Origin: Candidatus Azambacteria bacterium
GTDB lineage: Bacteria > Patescibacteriota > Minisyncoccia > GWC2-36-17 > WO2-46-25
NCBI GenBank assembly: GCA_016234725.1
Contig: JACRAK010000012.1
Location: 10,619-74,618, forward strand
Reading direction: 5' to 3'
DNA length: 64,000 nt
Shown: piece by piece, positions 1 through 9,819 of the stretch
Layout of the letters: every line of letters begins with the position of its first letter
How positions within the stretch are numbered: the stretch's first letter is position 1
Made by a program: the position numbers and the translations under genes
Notes under the pieces: model-generated
The model's database searches: none
What the model saw: only the letters and a program-made list of their open reading frames with translations
Told to the model about the DNA's origin: nothing

Positions 1-2
1 AA

Positions 3-167
3 GAACAGCTGTGGCGCGTGAACCTTGAGTCCGGCAAGAAAGAAATGCTCTATGAATTTGCGGGTATAAGCTTTGACGCGGCCAGCCTCTTACTCTCGCC
101 GCAGGAAGACGTTCTTGTTTTTCTCAATAGAAAAGACGGGTTTCTCTACAGCGTGAAGCTTAAGTAG
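3..167 (+). CDS. 3' end of hypothetical protein (partial, possibly beta-propeller-like)
   Basis: Open frame from the window edge: EQLWRVNLESGKKEMLYEF...SPQEDVLVFLNRKDGFLYSVKLK*; TAG at 165-167. Confidence 0.7.
   Translation, partial: EQLWRVNLESGKKEMLYEFAGISFDAASLLLSPQEDVLVFLNRKDGFLYSVKLK
106..167 (+). repeat. Diverged direct repeat copy A (3' end of the upstream gene); partner at 950-1011
   Basis: AAGACGTTCTTGTTTTTCTCAATAGAAAAGACGGGTTTCTCTACAGCGTGAAGCTTAAGTAG vs AAGACGTTCTTGTTTTTTTCAGTAGAAAAGACGGCTTTCTCTACAGCGTAACGCTTAAATAA. Confidence 0.9.
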
Positions 168-174
168 CCTTAAT

Positions 175-197
175 CTTACGAGACTAAGTCTCATAAG
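175..197. repeat. REP-like palindrome at the 3' end of the RAYT gene
   Basis: CTTACGAGACT-A-AGTCTCATAAG; related copies at 721-737 and 925-945. Confidence 0.85.
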
Positions 198-915
198 ATT
201 GTGCTTTTGAGCTATATTCCAATGATAGCTCTCTGATAGCTTCGCTGTCTATTTCTTGTAACCAATTAAACATACTCTTTTTGTGTTCTTCTGGTCCGCC
301 AAAGCAACTATGTAAGAAGCTTCGTGAAGTTACTGAGGGGAAGTTGTGTTTGCCGATATAGTCGGGATAACTGGACCACCGATAATTTTCCAAAAACTGC
401 ATTGCGTCCGCACGATCACCCACCTCTCCCTCTCTCCAGTTTGGAAACTTTAACGCAAAGGGATTTAAATGGAGGTAGTAGGGGAGGTGTATGAAATGAG
501 CCTCGCGCTCAACAAGAACGGCTTTGTATGTGCCTTGGAATAGGGCTCCGGTTCTTTGATACTTTTGGTTGAAGTATGTAGCATACCCCAATCCTACTTT
601 ATGCATAAATTTTGCAATACCTCCTTCCCGCCGCTGTCTCAAGAGCAGGTGAAAATGGTTTGGCATTAAAACAAAAGCCAAGATTTCAACGACCATATCT
701 CTTTTCCTTCGTTCTGATTTATGAGACTTAGTCTCATGAGATTGAAGAAAAGGTTTTTTGTAGTACAAATTAGTTGCGGGCAGACTATCATTAAACTCAA
801 ACAGATCGTGAATGAAGCGAAAATGATCGCTGTCATCCATATAAATATCACGCTTTTCTACGCCGCGATTATAGATATGGTAAATTTCTTCTTCTTCGAA
901 TTTTATTTTTCTCAT
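184..915 (-). mobile_element. REP-associated tyrosine transposase (RAYT, Y1/HUH, IS200-like fold)
   Basis: YHIYNRG start, MPNHFHLL HUH motif, G.LFQG.YKA, YLHLNP, YRWSSY; flanked by palindromes. Confidence 0.9.
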
Positions 916-924
916 ATTATCATC

Positions 925-945
925 TTACGAGACTAAGTCTCGTAA
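925..945. repeat. REP-like palindrome upstream of RAYT
   Basis: Perfect palindrome TTACGAGACT-A-AGTCTCGTAA. Confidence 0.85.
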
Positions 946-949
946 AGTC

Positions 950-1011
950 AAGACGTTCTTGTTTTTTTCAGTAGAAAAGACGGCTTTCTCTACAGCGTAA
1001 CGCTTAAATAA
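950..1011 (+). pseudogene. Orphan duplicate 3' end of the gene ending at 167
   Basis: Translates DVLVFFSRKDGFLYSVTLK*; overlaps the stop of the convergent flippase. Confidence 0.85.
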
Positions 1012-2443
1012 GCTCCCGGGAGGGGCGCATGATCTGCCGCAACACGCGCAGGTCTTCTTGCGTGACGCCTTTGAGCGCATACAGCGCTCCCGCATACACA
1101 AGCACTCCAAGCGCCGTAAGGAACAAAAAGCTCTGGGAAGGAGAAACAACAAGCGCGGCGGCCATCACCGCCGCCGCTCCACCCGCCTTCGCCAGCGCCC
1201 CGATACGCGGAAGATAGGCCGTTGCCCGATAAATGATAAAAAGCATGAGAGAGGACACCACAAGCTCTGTGGCGGCGGTTGTGGCGGCAGCGCCGACGTA
1301 CGAATACCGGGAAATAAGGTACAGGTTCGCAATGATGTTAAGCAGCGCGGCTCCTCCGTACACCCACATCACCCTTTTCTGTTCATGGATCGCGATGATC
1401 GTGCTTCCAAACAGCGCGCCGAAAAAAATAAATACGATCGCGACAAGTAATATCCGAAGCGGCAGTGCCGCTTCCTCAAACCCGCTCCCCGCAAGGATGC
1501 GGACGATGTCGGGAGCGAGATAGATCCCGCCCGCCGTAAGCGGCACCACGAGTATCGCCAGAAAATCGAATGTTTTTTGAAACACCGCGCGAAACATCGT
1601 TTTGTCCGCGGTGAAATATTTTGAAAGAAGCGGCATGACCAGCCCGACGAACATGATCGGAAAGAAAATGATGTTCTCAAGTATCTTATACGCGACGCCA
1701 TATACCCCCACCTCATGCGGCGCCTGTAAAAGCGACAGCAGCAGCGTATCGCCTTTGAAATACACGAGCACGAGCACCGCAGACACCGCCATCGGCCAGC
1801 TTTCTTTCAGCGTTCGCGCAAGCGCTTCTTTTCGGAACATGAGCGCAAAAGGGATCTGCCGCCGCACATACGACCACACGACAAAAAACTGCACGGCTCC
1901 CCCGAGGGTGAACACGAAAAGAAAGTGGAGGAAGCTTCCGCCGGCATAAAAAAGATACGCCGCCGCCGCAAGCTGCGTGACCCGCGCGGCAATATCGGCA
2001 AGCGCGGGGATGGCTGTTTTGAGGTGCTTTTGAAACACCCCCATGAGCACCGCAGAAAGCGACTGGAACGCAAACCCAAGCGCCGCGACCACTACCCCCC
2101 ATTTCACCGCAGCGCTATACGGCATGAACGAAACCACCGCGAAAGAAAGCGCCATGGACGCGCCCAAAAGAAAAAGGCGCGTTGAGAAAATAACGGATAC
2201 GACCTTTGCCTCATCTGCGTCCGGCTTGGCGATCTCCCGCGCAAGAAAGGGGTACAGGCCGAAGTCCGCACACACCGAAAAAATATAGAGGAACGCGAGA
2301 ACCGTGCTGTACGCGCCAAATCCGTCCGTCCCGATGGTTCGCGTGATCAGCGCGACGGAAACGACCCCGAGCGCTCCCGCCGCAAACCTCCCGCCAAACG
2401 AGATAAGAAAGTTCTGCGCTATCTTTTTTTTGAGCTCGCTCAT
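1004..2443 (-). CDS. Polysaccharide flippase (Wzx/MOP family)
   Basis: 479 aa, about 12-14 hydrophobic segments, ADFGL, KGDTLLLS, VGVYGVAYK motifs. Confidence 0.85.
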   Translation of the reverse strand: MSELKKKIAQNFLISFGGRFAAGALGVVSVALITRTIGTDGFGAYSTVLAFLYIFSVCADFGLYPFLAREIAKPDADEAKVVSVIFSTRLFLLGASMALSFAVVSFMPYSAAVKWGVVVAALGFAFQSLSAVLMGVFQKHLKTAIPALADIAARVTQLAAAAYLFYAGGSFLHFLFVFTLGGAVQFFVVWSYVRRQIPFALMFRKEALARTLKESWPMAVSAVLVLVYFKGDTLLLSLLQAPHEVGVYGVAYKILENIIFFPIMFVGLVMPLLSKYFTADKTMFRAVFQKTFDFLAILVVPLTAGGIYLAPDIVRILAGSGFEEAALPLRILLVAIVFIFFGALFGSTIIAIHEQKRVMWVYGGAALLNIIANLYLISRYSYVGAAATTAATELVVSSLMLFIIYRATAYLPRIGALAKAGGAAAVMAAALVVSPSQSFLFLTALGVLVYAGALYALKGVTQEDLRVLRQIMRPSRELI

Positions 2444-2448
2444 TAGGC

Positions 2449-3177
2449 CTACTGCGCTTCCTCTTTGGAGGTGCTTTTAAGCACATGCAGCTGCTGCATG
2501 ATCGAGAACCCGGTCGTTACCGCAAGATACAGCGCGATGCCCGCGGGGAGAATGTATGCCGTGAACGCGATCACCGCCGGCATCACGTACACCATTTGTT
2601 TTGACATGTGCGCGGAGAAATCGTTCTGCGGGGCGCCTTTTTGCCTCTTTTGCTGGTCTTTCAGCATCATGCGTGATTGATAGAACTGGAGCGCCCCCGC
2701 CATGACCGCAAGCACGACGTTGTGCGTTGCCGCAAGATCGACCATTCCTACAAAGAAATGCTGCATGGCCCCGGGATTCGGGATAAAGCCATAGAGCGCA
2801 TTCAGGCTTTCTTCTTTAAACCCCGCAAAAAATACTCGGTACAGGGCAAACAGGACGGGGAGCTGTATGAGGATCGGTAAAAACCCCGAGAACGGATTTA
2901 CTTTTTTTTCTTTGTACAGCGCCATGACGCGCTTCATTTGCTCGTCTTTATTATTTTTGTATTGCTCTTGGATCTTCTTTATTTCCGGTTGCAGCGCCAT
3001 GAGCTCTTTTTGCGAGCGCAGCGCGCGGCTTGCAAGCGGCCACAACGCGAGCCGCAACAGAACCGTGAGAATGATGATGGCGATGCCGAGATCGTAGAAC
3101 GCCGCGGTTTGATACAACCCTACCAGCGCATTGAACAGCGGGCGGTAAAAAACTTCATTGAACAGAGAACCGAGCAT
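2449..3177 (-). CDS. yidC: Membrane protein insertase YidC/Oxa1
   Basis: LQPEIKKIQEQYK, LYKEKKVNPFSG, LPILIQLP; next to rnpA. Confidence 0.95.
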   Translation of the reverse strand: MLGSLFNEVFYRPLFNALVGLYQTAAFYDLGIAIIILTVLLRLALWPLASRALRSQKELMALQPEIKKIQEQYKNNKDEQMKRVMALYKEKKVNPFSGFLPILIQLPVLFALYRVFFAGFKEESLNALYGFIPNPGAMQHFFVGMVDLAATHNVVLAVMAGALQFYQSRMMLKDQQKRQKGAPQNDFSAHMSKQMVYVMPAVIAFTAYILPAGIALYLAVTTGFSIMQQLHVLKSTSKEEAQ

Positions 3178-3183
3178 AGTGTA

Positions 3184-3531
3184 TTACTGGGGAAGCGTGG
3201 GGAGTATTTTTTTAAGCGAAGCGAACACCGCTTCTTTTATGTCATTGAATTGCGCGTCGATGATCCCTTTTTTTGCCACAAACACCATGTCGCGCCCCTG
3301 CGCGGCGACGTGCGGATTTTTTTGCACGATCGCGCGCAGCCTTCTTTTTGCCTTATTCCGTTCCGTTGCCTTTTTCGATACCTTCTTGCTTACCACAAAC
3401 CCGTAGCGGTCCTTCGCGGAGTTGTTGCGGATATATTTTAACAAAAAAAACGGGGTGGCCACAAACCTCCCCCTTCCCAACACGGCATTAAAATCTTTTT
3501 CTGTAACGATCCTCCGAGTCCTTGTGAGCAC
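3184..3531 (-). CDS. rnpA: Ribonuclease P protein component
   Basis: RYGFVVSKKVSKKATERNKAKRRLR; likely GTG start at 3531, just after rpmH. Confidence 0.92.
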   Translation of the reverse strand: MLTRTRRIVTEKDFNAVLGRGRFVATPFFLLKYIRNNSAKDRYGFVVSKKVSKKATERNKAKRRLRAIVQKNPHVAAQGRDMVFVAKKGIIDAQFNDIKEAVFASLKKILPTLPQ

Positions 3532-3541
3532 TGTGGCAATA

Positions 3542-3676
3542 TTAGACCGAGAGCCTTGTTCGCCCCCTTCTCCTTCTTTTTGTGATCGTTCGTGCGCCGG
3601 TCTTGGTGCCCATGCGCGCAAGAAACCCATGTTTTTTCGCCCGCTTCTTGTTTTTCGGCGTATATGTTTTTCCCAT
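3542..3676 (-). CDS. rpmH: 50S ribosomal protein L34 (not in ORF track)
   Basis: MGKTYTPKNKKRAKKHGFLARMGTKTGARTITKRRRRGRTRLSV*. Confidence 0.95.
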   Translation of the reverse strand: MGKTYTPKNKKRAKKHGFLARMGTKTGARTITKRRRRGRTRLSV

Positions 3677-3750
3677 ACCCTTACGTCCTTTGTTTATTTT
3701 TTATATACTGTACGAAGCGAATTATACGAGGATTCGCGTATAAAAGTCAA

Positions 3751-3861
3751 CCCCGTTACAAGCTTATATGAGGCATTCTTTATGTATTGACGCAAGCCGT
3801 AAGGCGGCTTCGCCTTGGCGCTCACATTAAGAAGAAAATCGTCGACGAGCTTGTAACGGGG
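3751..3861. mobile_element. Miniature inverted-repeat element, family A
   Basis: TIR CCCCGTTACAAGCT / AGCTTGTAACGGGG, flanked by a TCAA duplication (3747-3750, 3862-3865). Confidence 0.85.
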
Positions 3862-4011
3862 TCAACAACACAGGAGCGGGGAAATAAGGGAAGTGCACAC
3901 GATATCCACATCATATCAACAGAAATTGTTCTTTTTCTCCTTGTTTTGCCCATTTCTGGAAATCTTTCCCAGGTGGTATACTTTGGGAAGATTTCTTTCG
4001 CCGCGGGATTT

Positions 4012-5379
4012 ATGGAACACACCGAGCTCTGGCAACACGTGCTTTCCGAGGTTGAGCTGAGCGTATCGAAGGCAAGCTTCAATACCTGGTTTCAGCACAC
4101 CGGGATCCAGTCCAAACAGGATGGCGTTGTTTTTATTTCCGTTCCTAACTCTTTCGCGAAAGAGTGGCTGGAGAATAAATTCAACAAGTTCATCCTGAAG
4201 TCGCTTCGCACCATTTCTTCCGAAGTAAAAGACGTTAAATTCGTGATTGCCGCGTCGCCATCGCCGCTCACCCCGCAAAAAACGAAAAAGAAAAAAGAAG
4301 AGGAGGAAAAAGAGATCGCTCTCGACAATCAGTTTGAGTTTGCCGGCGTAGACGCCGAAACCAACTTAAACAGCAAGTACACATTCGATGAATTCGTCGT
4401 CGGCTCGTCAAACGAGCTCGCGCACGCGGCCGCCATCTCCGTTACCAAAAACCTCGGCACGATATACAACCCTTTGTTCGTGTACGGAGGAGTGGGGGCG
4501 GGGAAAACGCACCTCATTCAGGCGATCGGCAACGAAGTGCTGAAAATGCATAAGGGGAAGAAGGTAAAATATGTCTCTTCCGAGAAGTTCACGAACGAAC
4601 TCGTGAACGCGATCCAAAACAGGAGTATGGAGCGATTCAAAGAGGACTATAGGCAAAACGATGTCCTTATCATCGACGACGTCCAATTCCTTGCCGGCAA
4701 AGACAAAACGCAGGAAGAATTTTTTCACACATTCAATGCGCTGTACGAGAAGAACAAACAAATCATCATAAGCTCTGACCGCCCGCCGAAAGCGATCCCT
4801 ACGCTCGAAGACCGCCTGCAATCGCGCTTTGAAGGAGGGATGATCGCAGACATCGGCTATCCGGACTACGAAACGCGCCTCGCTATATTAAAAAACAAGA
4901 TTATTAAAAAACAGGTTGTGCTTTCCGACGACATTGTTGAATTTATCGCAAATAATTTTCAAAAGAACCTCCGCGAACTTGAAGGAGCGCTCAATAAGGT
5001 GCTTGTCCACATGAAAATAGCAAAAAACCCGCTTTCAGTGGAAGAAGTGAAAAAGATATTGTATCCGTCTATCCATACGCCAAAAAAGAACATCAATGTA
5101 AAACAAATAATCCAGGCGGTCGCGAATTTTTACGGCGTACAAGAAAAACAGCTTATTATCAAAACAAGAAAGCAGGAGATCGTGAAGCCGCGTCAGATCA
5201 TTATGTATTTGCTGCGAGAGGAATTTAAGTTTTCCTACCCTTCTATCGGCAGCAAGATAGGGGGCCGCGACCACACCACTGTTATGCACGCGTGCGAGAA
5301 AATAGAAGGACAATTAAAAGAAGACGAGTCGCTTATAGAAGAGCTTAATCTTATTAAAAAAATTGTGTATAACGCATAG
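4012..5379 (+). CDS. dnaA: Chromosomal replication initiator DnaA
   Basis: NPLFVYGGVGAGKTHL, DDVQFLAGK, GGRDHTTVMHA; ATG at 4012 (MEHTELWQ). Confidence 0.98.
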   Translation: MEHTELWQHVLSEVELSVSKASFNTWFQHTGIQSKQDGVVFISVPNSFAKEWLENKFNKFILKSLRTISSEVKDVKFVIAASPSPLTPQKTKKKKEEEEKEIALDNQFEFAGVDAETNLNSKYTFDEFVVGSSNELAHAAAISVTKNLGTIYNPLFVYGGVGAGKTHLIQAIGNEVLKMHKGKKVKYVSSEKFTNELVNAIQNRSMERFKEDYRQNDVLIIDDVQFLAGKDKTQEEFFHTFNALYEKNKQIIISSDRPPKAIPTLEDRLQSRFEGGMIADIGYPDYETRLAILKNKIIKKQVVLSDDIVEFIANNFQKNLRELEGALNKVLVHMKIAKNPLSVEEVKKILYPSIHTPKKNINVKQIIQAVANFYGVQEKQLIIKTRKQEIVKPRQIIMYLLREEFKFSYPSIGSKIGGRDHTTVMHACEKIEGQLKEDESLIEELNLIKKIVYNA

Positions 5380-5584
5380 GATAACAAAAGGATAACGCGT
5401 GCATAAAACCGGTGTTTTAAAAAAGATGTTTTTATCCCCCTTTTTTCCACCGCACTATCTCCTTGTTTTCCCCACTATTGCCAACATGAAAAACATACAC
5501 ACCGCCTGTCTCTATCCTTATTATCCCCACTTTTTCACCCTTTAATTATAACTATAAATTTTTCTTTTTATTTATATATTTATT
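5364..5584. other. Probable oriC (dnaA-dnaN spacer)
   Basis: Consensus DnaA box TGTGTATAA (reverse complement TTATACACA) at 5364-5372, several degenerate TTATCCCC/TTTTCCAC boxes, very AT-rich tract at about 5541-5584. Confidence 0.65.
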
Positions 5585-6688
5585 ATGCGGATAATCTGTT
5601 TGCAAGAAAATTTAAAAAATAATCTTCTTACTCTTGAAAGGATCTCTTCTAAAAACCAAGAACTTCCTATTTTAGGAAATGTGCTGTTAAAAACAGAAGA
5701 AGGATTTTTAAAAGCGTTTGCCACTGATCTCGAAATCGGGGTGGAGATCGCTATTCCGTGCAAGATAGAAAAAAAGGGGGAAGCGGTGGTGCCGATCAAA
5801 CTTATAGCGGGATTTATTGCGAATCTTCCCAACACAAAACTCACCTTGGAAGAAAAAAACAATGCAATAGTCATAGAAACGGAAGGGGTCACCACGACCA
5901 TTCCCGCCGCGAATAAAAATGAATTTCCCATCGTCCCGAAAATAAAAGAAGAGAATATGATAACGATGAGCGGCGAGGCGCTGCGAGGCGGGATCGCTCA
6001 GGTGATAAATTCCGCAGCGATCTCGTATACGATCCCGGAGATCGCGGGAGTGTTGTTCGTATGCGGCGCGGACGTAGTGAAGATCGTGGCGACAGATAGT
6101 TTTCGGCTCTCGGAAAAAACACTATTTAAAACCAAAGAGTATGCGATAAAAAAAGAACAGTCATTCATCCTTCCGGCAAAAACCGCAGCCGAACTTTCAA
6201 AAATAATAACCCCCGAAGATGAGATCGTGGAAATATACCTCGCGCAAAACCAAGTACTGTTCAAATTAAAACACGCTACGATCGTGTCGCGGTTAGTGGC
6301 CGGAGAATATCCGAAGTATGAGCGGATCATTCCCAAAACAAGCACGACAAAGATAGCGCTCAATAAAACCGAATTTATTTCAAAACTAAAACTCGCAAGC
6401 CTGTTTTCGTCAAAAATTAACGATGTGAAACTGGACATCCGCGCCAATAAAAACGAAATGGAGCTCACGGCGGCAGACCAGGCAAAAGGGAATTTTTCTG
6501 CAACGATACGCGCAGACATGACCGGAGAAAGCGCCGAAGCACTGTTTAATTATAAATACCTCCTAGACGGACTTTCCAATATCAGCGAAGAGGAGATCGT
6601 GTTCGAGGTGAACGGAGCGGCTTCGCCCGCGATCCTGAAAACAAAGAACGACACATACCAATACGTGGCGATGCCGATAAAAATGTAA
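5585..6688 (+). CDS. dnaN: DNA polymerase III beta clamp
   Basis: LPILGNVLL, ATDLEIG, VATDSFRLSE, SRLVAGEYPKY, YVAMPI. Confidence 0.97.
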   Translation: MRIICLQENLKNNLLTLERISSKNQELPILGNVLLKTEEGFLKAFATDLEIGVEIAIPCKIEKKGEAVVPIKLIAGFIANLPNTKLTLEEKNNAIVIETEGVTTTIPAANKNEFPIVPKIKEENMITMSGEALRGGIAQVINSAAISYTIPEIAGVLFVCGADVVKIVATDSFRLSEKTLFKTKEYAIKKEQSFILPAKTAAELSKIITPEDEIVEIYLAQNQVLFKLKHATIVSRLVAGEYPKYERIIPKTSTTKIALNKTEFISKLKLASLFSSKINDVKLDIRANKNEMELTAADQAKGNFSATIRADMTGESAEALFNYKYLLDGLSNISEEEIVFEVNGAASPAILKTKNDTYQYVAMPIKM

Positions 6689-6690
6689 CA

Positions 6691-6966
6691 ATGTTTGTCT
6701 CGTTAAAAAACATCATCCCGAAGGCGATCGAGAAACACGGGATCCACAAACACATCCGCGCGCTCACGGAAAAAGAAAACATAGAAAAAACGATCAGCGA
6801 CGTGGTAAAAAGAAACGTGATCCTCGTGAAGCACCACGGGAAGAAGATCAGTGTACGAGGGGGGAATTTCTCGGCAGCAAACGAGATACGGCTGCGGGAG
6901 GAAGAAATAAAAAAACGACTCGCAAAAAAAGGCATTCATATCGACGCCATCCGCTGCGCCCTCTAA
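6691..6966 (+). CDS. Small protein, possibly DciA/DUF721-like
   Basis: 91 aa directly after dnaN; AANEIRLREEEIKKRL resembles DUF721. Confidence 0.55.
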   Translation: MFVSLKNIIPKAIEKHGIHKHIRALTEKENIEKTISDVVKRNVILVKHHGKKISVRGGNFSAANEIRLREEEIKKRLAKKGIHIDAIRCAL

Positions 6967-6975
6967 AGGGCGTTT

Positions 6976-9459
6976 TTATCGTATGAGCGGTAGCTCATAC
7001 GTACCGACGTTGTCGTAGATGTCGTACGCGTGTACGGTGAGCGTGTGGGGCCTCGGGGAGAGTGGTGTGGCGCTTACGATCGTTTCATACGGATATTGAA
7101 AGGCGGAAGAGGCGAACCCATCGTCAAGGGAGAATGAAACCTCTTTGATCGGAAAGGGGGCGGCGATCGATGCGCGCGCGTAGAACGCGTCGGAAACGGC
7201 AGTGTAGGGAAGCGGATCAAGGACGATTATACGGGGCGTGTTTTGTTCCGTGTGGATGTCGTCAAATTGCGTAGGAGGCATTTCTGAGGGAACTGCAAAG
7301 GTTTTGTTTTCCGCGATCCAGTCGCGTATCGCAACTTCCCAGTTGTAATACTGCGGGTCATCCTGCGGGGTGAGCGGCGCGTCCCCAAGCGGATCGTTTT
7401 TATTGATGTAGTGAAGGATGCTGTGAACCTCCTTGAACGCCTTTTCTTCTATCTTATTGGGGGGCGTGCGCGCGGTGACGAGCTTGCGGGAGTCCTTGTC
7501 TATCTGTACCACCGTTTCCCCGATGTAGCTGCCGTTGAGAAGCGGCTTGGCGCTGTATATAGGCTCAGGAGGGGGGAATGATGCCGCTCCTTTTAACTGG
7601 ATCGCTTTTTCCATGAACGCGCGGAAGATAGGTCCTGCGGCGGCAATACCCGCGCCGCCCCGCTCCATCGGGGTTCCGTCGTTGTTGCCGACCCATATCG
7701 CAGCGGAAACGGACGGCGTATACCCGACCACCCATGCGTCGCGGTATTTTTGCGTGGTGCCCGTTTTTGCGGCGACCTGCGCGCTTTCAAAAAACAACGG
7801 ACTCCGTTCGCCAAACACCGGCGCGCGCAACGCGTTGTCGGAAAGGATCGCGGTGATGGTGCGAGCGACATTTTTTGAAAGCACCTCTTTCGATTTCGGC
7901 GCCCATTTTTCTATTATTTTCCCGCGCGCATCCTCGATCTTTAAAATAAACGCTTTTTCTTGCCGCACGCCGTCGTTCGCGAATACGCCGTAGGCATACG
8001 CCATGTCGAGCGGAGAAACTTCGCCGCCGCCTAAAACGAGAGAGAGACCAAGGGCGCTCGGGTCGGTGAGCGTGGTGACGCCCATGTCGTGCGCGAGAGC
8101 AACGACGGATTCCATTCCCGCGAGATACAGCACCTGCACCGACGGCACGTTGAGCGACTGCGCAAGCGCGCTTTTTGCCGATACCGGGCCGCGAAAGCGC
8201 TCATCGTAATTAAGGGGGATGTAGGACTGCAAAGGGTCTGCGGAGAACTCGGTCTTCACATCGAACAGCACGGTGTCGGGAGTAAATCCTTTCTGAAAAA
8301 AGGCGGCGTAGGCAAGCGGCTTGAACGAAGACCCCGGCTGGCGGTTCTTTGACGTGGTGACGTTGTAATTTCCTTCGCGCTCGATATCAAAATAATCGCG
8401 GGAGCCCACCATCGTCAGAAGCTGGCCTGTGGCCGGGTCGATCGCGGCAAGCGCGGCGTTCTGCGCGTTATATTTTTTCTCGTTTTCTTCTCCGATGCGC
8501 GCCACGATCTCCTCTGCGGTTTTTTGCAGCTCGTAGTCGAGCGTGGTGTATACTTTCAGGCCGGCGTTTTCCACGTAGTTCGCGCCGTACTTTTCTTCGA
8601 GGTAGTTTTTTACATACGCCACAAAGTGAGGTGCCTGTATGTCCGCGCGCTGTTTTTGAAAGAGAAGCGGTTCATTTTTCGCCCGTGCGAGGTCTTGCTC
8701 GGCGATAAACCCGACCTTCTGCATGCGCTCAAGCACGTTGTTCTTTCGCGCTATGAGTTCTTCTTTGTGCTGGCCGTACGGAGAGTAGTAGCTTGGCGCC
8801 TTCGGGAGCGCTGCGAGCAGCGCCGCTTCGTTGAGCGAGAGGGCGGCGGCGGATTTGCCGAAAAACGTCTGCGCGGCCGCCTCGGCGCCATAGGCGTTCG
8901 AACCGTAGGGGATCTGGTTCAAATAGAAGGAGAAGATCTCTTCTTTGGTGTAGCTTTTTTCTATTTTATACGAAAGCACTGCCTCCTTTATTTTTCTCGT
9001 GAGCGTTTTTTCCGGCGTGAGAAATGCGTTTTTCACCAATTGCTGGGTGATGGTGGATCCGCCCTGCGCCCTTTTTCCGCGCAACACGTCCACAAAGACC
9101 GCGCGGAGCAGCGAGCGAAGGTCGATGCCGCCGTGCTCGTAGAAATTAAAGTCTTCCGCCACGATCGTCGCGTCTTTCAGGTCTTGGCTGAAGCGGTCAA
9201 ACGGCACAACGGTCCTTTTTTCTTCGCCGTGCACCTCATACAGCAACACTGTGCCCGTGCGGTCATAGATCTTCGTGGACTCCGCCACTTTGCGCTCGCT
9301 GATCGTGAACGGGTTGGGCAGATCGCGCAGTAAAAATACGCCCGCAAGCGCGCCGCCCGCTCCTGCGACGAGGAGTCCTCCAAAAAAAAGAACAAGCATC
9401 GTTTTCATGATGCTCTTTTTCCGGGAGGGGGCATGCGTATAGCGTTTTCGACGTGGCAT
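6976..9459 (-). CDS. Bifunctional penicillin-binding protein (PBP1A family)
   Basis: EDFNFYEHGG, QGGSTITQQLVKN, RKIKE, QPGSSFKP, SLN, KTGT; N-terminal TM; start MPRRKR. Confidence 0.95.
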   Translation of the reverse strand: MPRRKRYTHAPSRKKSIMKTMLVLFFGGLLVAGAGGALAGVFLLRDLPNPFTISERKVAESTKIYDRTGTVLLYEVHGEEKRTVVPFDRFSQDLKDATIVAEDFNFYEHGGIDLRSLLRAVFVDVLRGKRAQGGSTITQQLVKNAFLTPEKTLTRKIKEAVLSYKIEKSYTKEEIFSFYLNQIPYGSNAYGAEAAAQTFFGKSAAALSLNEAALLAALPKAPSYYSPYGQHKEELIARKNNVLERMQKVGFIAEQDLARAKNEPLLFQKQRADIQAPHFVAYVKNYLEEKYGANYVENAGLKVYTTLDYELQKTAEEIVARIGEENEKKYNAQNAALAAIDPATGQLLTMVGSRDYFDIEREGNYNVTTSKNRQPGSSFKPLAYAAFFQKGFTPDTVLFDVKTEFSADPLQSYIPLNYDERFRGPVSAKSALAQSLNVPSVQVLYLAGMESVVALAHDMGVTTLTDPSALGLSLVLGGGEVSPLDMAYAYGVFANDGVRQEKAFILKIEDARGKIIEKWAPKSKEVLSKNVARTITAILSDNALRAPVFGERSPLFFESAQVAAKTGTTQKYRDAWVVGYTPSVSAAIWVGNNDGTPMERGGAGIAAAGPIFRAFMEKAIQLKGAASFPPPEPIYSAKPLLNGSYIGETVVQIDKDSRKLVTARTPPNKIEEKAFKEVHSILHYINKNDPLGDAPLTPQDDPQYYNWEVAIRDWIAENKTFAVPSEMPPTQFDDIHTEQNTPRIIVLDPLPYTAVSDAFYARASIAAPFPIKEVSFSLDDGFASSAFQYPYETIVSATPLSPRPHTLTVHAYDIYDNVGTYELPLIR

Positions 9460-9624
9460 ATCAGCGTGATGGTATTGTACCACAAAAACGAATACTTTCA
9501 AGCTTGACACAAAACAAAAAATTGATAAAATGACTTCGAAAACAGCTTTTATCATTAATCATCTCAGTTTCGTTTCGTGTTTCTACAGCGGGATGCGGGG
9601 CGAAGCTCGTTGTGTTCTTACACC

Positions 9625-9819
9625 ATGAAGGAAGAGTATAAGGATGAAGACGCCATCGAAGGCGTTGAAAAAGAGCCGGGAGAAATTAATGACGAAGAGC
9701 TTGCGCTCGATGCGTGGGACAATAACGATGACGATGGCATCGTGCCTGAGGCCACCGAAGAGCTGAGTCCGTACGAGGACCAAGAAGAAAAGCTCAGCCG
9801 CTTCTCGCCGGAGTACTAG
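9625..9819 (+). CDS. Small highly acidic hypothetical protein
   Basis: 64 aa with 25 D/E; TTGACA-N17-TAAAAT promoter upstream at about 9504-9532. Confidence 0.6.
   Translation: MKEEYKDEDAIEGVEKEPGEINDEELALDAWDNNDDDGIVPEATEELSPYEDQEEKLSRFSPEY

Noticed and set aside
3787-4011. 75-aa N-terminal extension of DnaA
   Set aside because: It starts inside the miniature element; typical DnaA sequence begins at ATG 4012.
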